Virus record (IMG/VR): IMGVR_UViG_3300036958_000333
Coordinates: 208,849 to 272,848 of that record
Length of the DNA stretch: 64,000 nt
Source: a virus
Taxonomy: Duplodnaviria > Caudoviricetes
Strand: one strand, 5' to 3'
Shown here: positions 60,151 to 64,000 of the stretch, piece after piece
How positions within the stretch are numbered: the first letter of the stretch is position 1
Layout: each line of letters begins with the position of its first letter
Made by a program: the position numbers and the translations under genes
Notes under the pieces: generated by a model
Told to the model about the DNA's origin: nothing
Seen by the model: only the letters and a program-made list of their open reading frames with translations
Databases searched by the model: none

Positions 60151-61131
60151 TTAACTATTAATTATTTTTCCTATATAATAAATAAAACATTCATTACAAT
60201 TTCTTGTAACAAACATATAATTTTTAATTGATGAAAATATCATATTAATAATATCATAATTAATTGATTTTATAGAATTTAAATCACTAAAATATTGTTT
60301 TCTTGTAATATCAAATAAACTATCACATGTTTTATCTTTATTATATAAATTCCTCAAAATCTGACCACTATTTATTTTTATTAATAATGGATTTTTAAAA
60401 ATATTTATATTAATATCATATTCCTTATATATTTTATATAAATTCTTTGTTATAAAAACACATTTTTTTAATATCTCATTACAATAATATAATGTTGCAA
60501 TTGTTGGATCTAAACTATAAATAGATTTTGTATTAATTAAATATTCATTTGAAACATCGCCAATATTAATATTCATAAACTCAATATTTTCATATATATT
60601 TCTTAATTCTGGAAAAAAATTAATAATACCACTTTCATCTACTATATGACTTAAATTACTTTTTATTACAATATTATTAGATATCAAATTCAATTTTTGT
60701 AATAAAACTATAATTTCAATATATTTTACTATTGCTAATAATGCAACTTCATTATTATAACTTCCTATAATAAAAATATCTGACTTATATTTATCTTTAC
60801 TTTCATTTTCGTTATAAATAAATCCATCTAATATTTTGCTACATTTAAATTCAACATTTTGTTGTAATTTATCATAAAAATCTTTTCCAAAACCAATATA
60901 ATATTGAAAATCTTTATAATTAGAAATATCATCTAATGACTCTAATAACCAACAAGCTAAATACACTTTTTTATTTGCATTAATTTTATTATTATTATAT
61001 AATTCTAAACTATCACAAAATAATACATCATATGAATCATTTTTATCATTTCTAATATCTAATAAACCACAATTAATTAAAAATAATTCCATTAACTTAT
61101 TATTTAATAATAAATATGTTTTATTTTCCAT
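60151..61131 (-). CDS. hypothetical protein, possibly degenerate GT-B/CgeB-like
   Basis: 326-aa ORF next to GT genes; KYKSDIFIIGSY resembles the Y..D..Y.G.Y motif of 27908..31081 (weak). Confidence 0.4.
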   Translation of the reverse strand: MENKTYLLLNNKLMELFLINCGLLDIRNDKNDSYDVLFCDSLELYNNNKINANKKVYLACWLLESLDDISNYKDFQYYIGFGKDFYDKLQQNVEFKCSKILDGFIYNENESKDKYKSDIFIIGSYNNEVALLAIVKYIEIIVLLQKLNLISNNIVIKSNLSHIVDESGIINFFPELRNIYENIEFMNINIGDVSNEYLINTKSIYSLDPTIATLYYCNEILKKCVFITKNLYKIYKEYDININIFKNPLLIKINSGQILRNLYNKDKTCDSLFDITRKQYFSDLNSIKSINYDIINMIFSSIKNYMFVTRNCNECFIYYIGKIINS

Positions 61132-61279
61132 AATAATAATATATATAAATTTTTATAATAATTTAAATTTTTTTATAGGTCTATTTGGAATCATTGTTTT
61201 ATAATTTTAATATTAAATTTATAATCAATTAAACATATACACAATTAACACATTATTTTAATACAAGATTTAATTATAA

Positions 61280-62326
61280 TTATAATTTTAAAAAATAAGT
61301 TTTTATATTTTTTATATTAAAAAACTTGTCAAATTCATTAAAATAATTATAAAAAATATCCAATCTTTTTAATAAAAATGAATCATTTATATTGCAATTT
61401 CTATGTCTTGTTTTAAAATATTTTGTATATTTATTTATACCAGCGAAATGTAAAAAATATTTATTACAAATATCTTTTACAAAAGCCAAACCTCCAATTA
61501 ATTTTATATAACATATATTTAAGTATTCGAATGGAATATTGATTCTATGAAATATAATATTAAAAATATCTTTATCACCAAAAAATATATGAAAATAAAA
61601 ATCAGATCTCTTTATTATATATAAAGACAATAACATTGGTAAGTAATGATATTTTTTATTTATGTAAACTTGTCCGACTTCTAATGTTGGAAAATTATCA
61701 TTATATTCAACATTTGAAAATTTCCATATTTGACTTTTATGACTAAAACTTAATCCTCCTATTATATTATTATTAAAATCATATAATTTTCCATCATTCC
61801 AAAATATGCATTTATATTTTTTATATTCTTCTAATTCGAACAGGTTTTCTGGATTAACAAGAGGAAAACTATCAACATCTAGTTGTATAACTTCTTCAAA
61901 TTTGCTATAAAACATTGCATAATTTTTAATCATCCATCCTCTAAATCTATGACAAATAAATTTTATATCTAAACATTCTCTAAACTCTATATTTAATGAA
62001 TTAAAATATGACAAGAACTTGTTTTTTATATCATTATCTATTTCATCTGGATAACTCCATATTTCTATAGGTAAATTAATATTCAGGTCTTTTAGTATAT
62101 TTAATTGAATATATAATAAATAATAATGATTTCTTCCACAAGATATAACTATTCCTCTACCTTTCCAATTCTCTTTGTACTCTATATTTCTACATATTTC
62201 TATTTCTCTATCTAAATTATTAATTTCATTTAATACAACATTTTCTGGAAAAATATAAAAAGAACTATAAATTTTATTAATACTATTTTTATATTCATTA
62301 AAATTTAAGTTTAAAAAATTATACAT
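61280..62326 (-). CDS. GT71 (MNN2-like) alpha-mannosyltransferase, copy 2
   Basis: same motifs as 8762..9799 and nearly identical until NIPFEYLNI. Confidence 0.85.
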   Translation of the reverse strand: MYNFLNLNFNEYKNSINKIYSSFYIFPENVVLNEINNLDREIEICRNIEYKENWKGRGIVISCGRNHYYLLYIQLNILKDLNINLPIEIWSYPDEIDNDIKNKFLSYFNSLNIEFRECLDIKFICHRFRGWMIKNYAMFYSKFEEVIQLDVDSFPLVNPENLFELEEYKKYKCIFWNDGKLYDFNNNIIGGLSFSHKSQIWKFSNVEYNDNFPTLEVGQVYINKKYHYLPMLLSLYIIKRSDFYFHIFFGDKDIFNIIFHRINIPFEYLNICYIKLIGGLAFVKDICNKYFLHFAGINKYTKYFKTRHRNCNINDSFLLKRLDIFYNYFNEFDKFFNIKNIKTYFLKL

Positions 62327-62931
62327 TATAAATTTATAAAATTATTTAATAAAAACAATTTTTTATTATTAATAAATTTATTAATAATATTTCTTTCAAT
62401 ATCCCAAAGATGTATTTTAGAATGATTATGTTGTTCATTATAATAATGACCACTTTTACCAAAATCAAATCCACAAATATATATATTATCAAATTCATTA
62501 TTTAAAAACATAAAATATAAAATTGTCATAATACCAGTACTTAAAGAATATACTTTTCCATTTATATTAAAATTAATATTTGGATTTAATTCTTTGATTA
62601 AATTATTTATTTTATTTTCATGTATTAAAAACAATTTATAATAATATTTTTCTTTAATTTTATTAAAACTGATATCATTATTAATTTTAGTTTCATTAAC
62701 TATAAAAATAATAATTTTATCTACAATATCAAAGAATTTAAATATATTAAAATTTTTAAAAATATGATCGTATCTAATACTTATTATGTTTGTTTTATGT
62801 CCAACTTTATTATAATAACCATCTAATACAAAATTATTTATTCTACAAATACAGTTGAATTTATCTATTATGATCCCATAATTATTCTTTATATTTCCAT
62901 TTCCTACTATAACAATATTTTTCATAAACAT
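62326..62931 (-). CDS. GT29 sialyltransferase-like protein
   Basis: sialylmotif L (IVGNG...G..ID...RINN...VG.KT), S (STG...IYICGF), III (HYY) and VS (H....E); stop overlaps the GT71 ATG. Confidence 0.85.
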   Translation of the reverse strand: MFMKNIVIVGNGNIKNNYGIIIDKFNCICRINNFVLDGYYNKVGHKTNIISIRYDHIFKNFNIFKFFDIVDKIIIFIVNETKINNDISFNKIKEKYYYKLFLIHENKINNLIKELNPNINFNINGKVYSLSTGIMTILYFMFLNNEFDNIYICGFDFGKSGHYYNEQHNHSKIHLWDIERNIINKFINNKKLFLLNNFINL

Positions 62932-62994
62932 TATTATTTTAAAATATTATTTTAAATAAATAAAAAAAATACATTAAATACTATTATATAACAT

Positions 62995-64000
62995 ATGAAT
63001 AAAATTAATTTAAATAATTTTATTATTAAAATAGATAATTATAATTATTTTAATACTTTTACGAAAAAAATTTTAAACATAAACGATAAAATTGAAAATT
63101 TTAATAAATTTTATTTTTTAAAAAACCAATCTATAAATCTTGTTTATAAACATTTATTTAAACCTATCAGTAAAATAAAAATTAGTATAATACCAACATT
63201 TAAATGTAATTTATCATGTGATCACTGTTATGTTAAAAATAATATAATTGATATAAATATCAATGAAAATATAAAAATTAATTCAAATAATATAAAATTA
63301 TTTGTAAAAAAAATATTAAATAAATATAATATTAATAATATAGATTTATCATTTACTGGCGGCGAGTGTTTATTAAATTATGATTTGTGTAATAATATAT
63401 TAATTAAATTAAAAAAGTTTCTTAAAAGTAATAAAATAAAATATTCTTCGGCAATAGCAACAAATTTATATATAGATTTAGATAATTATATTATTAATTT
63501 TTTAAAACAACTAGATAAGATAATGATAAGTGTAGATGGACCAGAATATATACATAATAATCAAAAAAAATCATATTTTAATAATGAAAACTCTTTTAGA
63601 AAAACAATACAAAATATAATTATATTACAAAAACACATCAATATAAATAAAATATATGTTCAAGGAGCTATTACTAAAAACGATCTTTTTAATAAAAATG
63701 TAATTTATGATTTTGTTTATATAATGAAAAAATTAAATATAAATGAAAACAATTTTTCTATAGGACACAGGTGTCCAACAAATATAAATGATGATAATTA
63801 TGAAATAGATTTAGAATATTTTAAAAATCATTTTTTTAAATTAAAAATCGGCCCATATTCATATTTTAATAGATGTTGCGGTTTTAGGTATATGTCAAAT
63901 TTTATTATTTCTCCAAACGGAAATATATCTACAAATTATCATGATATAAATAATTCTATTATAGGAAACTTAAATTCTACAATAAATGAATTAGAAATTA
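62995..64000 (+). CDS. radical SAM protein, anSME/SPASM-type (runs off the window; not in ORF track)
   Basis: hand translation from ATG 62995: PTFKCNLSCDHCY, FTGGECLL, ATN, ISVDGPEYIHN, RCCG..FIISPNG; open to the window end. Confidence 0.85.
   Translation, partial: MNKINLNNFIIKIDNYNYFNTFTKKILNINDKIENFNKFYFLKNQSINLVYKHLFKPISKIKISIIPTFKCNLSCDHCYVKNNIIDININENIKINSNNIKLFVKKILNKYNINNIDLSFTGGECLLNYDLCNNILIKLKKFLKSNKIKYSSAIATNLYIDLDNYIINFLKQLDKIMISVDGPEYIHNNQKKSYFNNENSFRKTIQNIIILQKHININKIYVQGAITKNDLFNKNVIYDFVYIMKKLNINENNFSIGHRCPTNINDDNYEIDLEYFKNHFFKLKIGPYSYFNRCCGFRYMSNFIISPNGNISTNYHDINNSIIGNLNSTINELEI

Noticed and set aside
8762-62326. GT71 duplicate pair as a DGR template/variable repeat
   Set aside because: Differences are not restricted to adenines, both copies are full ORFs, and no reverse transcriptase is seen
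1-64000. Stop-codon reassignment (as in some jumbo phages)
   Set aside because: Very long genes are intact and tightly packed under the standard code, and TAG/TGA stops fall at sensible gene boundaries

Overview
This is a very AT-rich segment of a large, T4-related contractile-tailed (myo/jumbo) phage genome that reads in the standard genetic code. The core (about 11.6-55.1 kb, almost all minus strand) is a tail/baseplate module. It holds a gp2-like DNA end protector, a 2557-aa repeat-rich tape measure, tube-initiator, gp53-, gp27-, gp5-, gp25-, gp6- and gp7-like baseplate genes, three tandem paralogous fibre-like proteins and a 2462-aa Kelch-containing fibre. Flanking it and interleaved within it is a large glycan/modification toolkit: a GDP-mannose 3,5-epimerase-like enzyme, GT9, two near-identical GT71 mannosyltransferases, two GT34-like paralogs, a GT29 sialyltransferase-like gene, a 1057-aa double CgeB-type GT, a MAF-like protein, a CapK/PaaK-like ligase and an amidoligase. 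There are also three radical SAM enzymes (two with the SPASM/twitch-like Cys domain moved to the N-terminus) and nucleotide-pool enzymes (gp56-like dCTPase/dUTPase, NDT-like, 5'-deoxynucleotidase). Two atypical tRNAs are present, one of which resembles a non-proteinogenic tRNA-Gly. One small gene is bracketed by an 18-bp perfect inverted repeat. All calls come from motif recognition by eye and no database searches were run.
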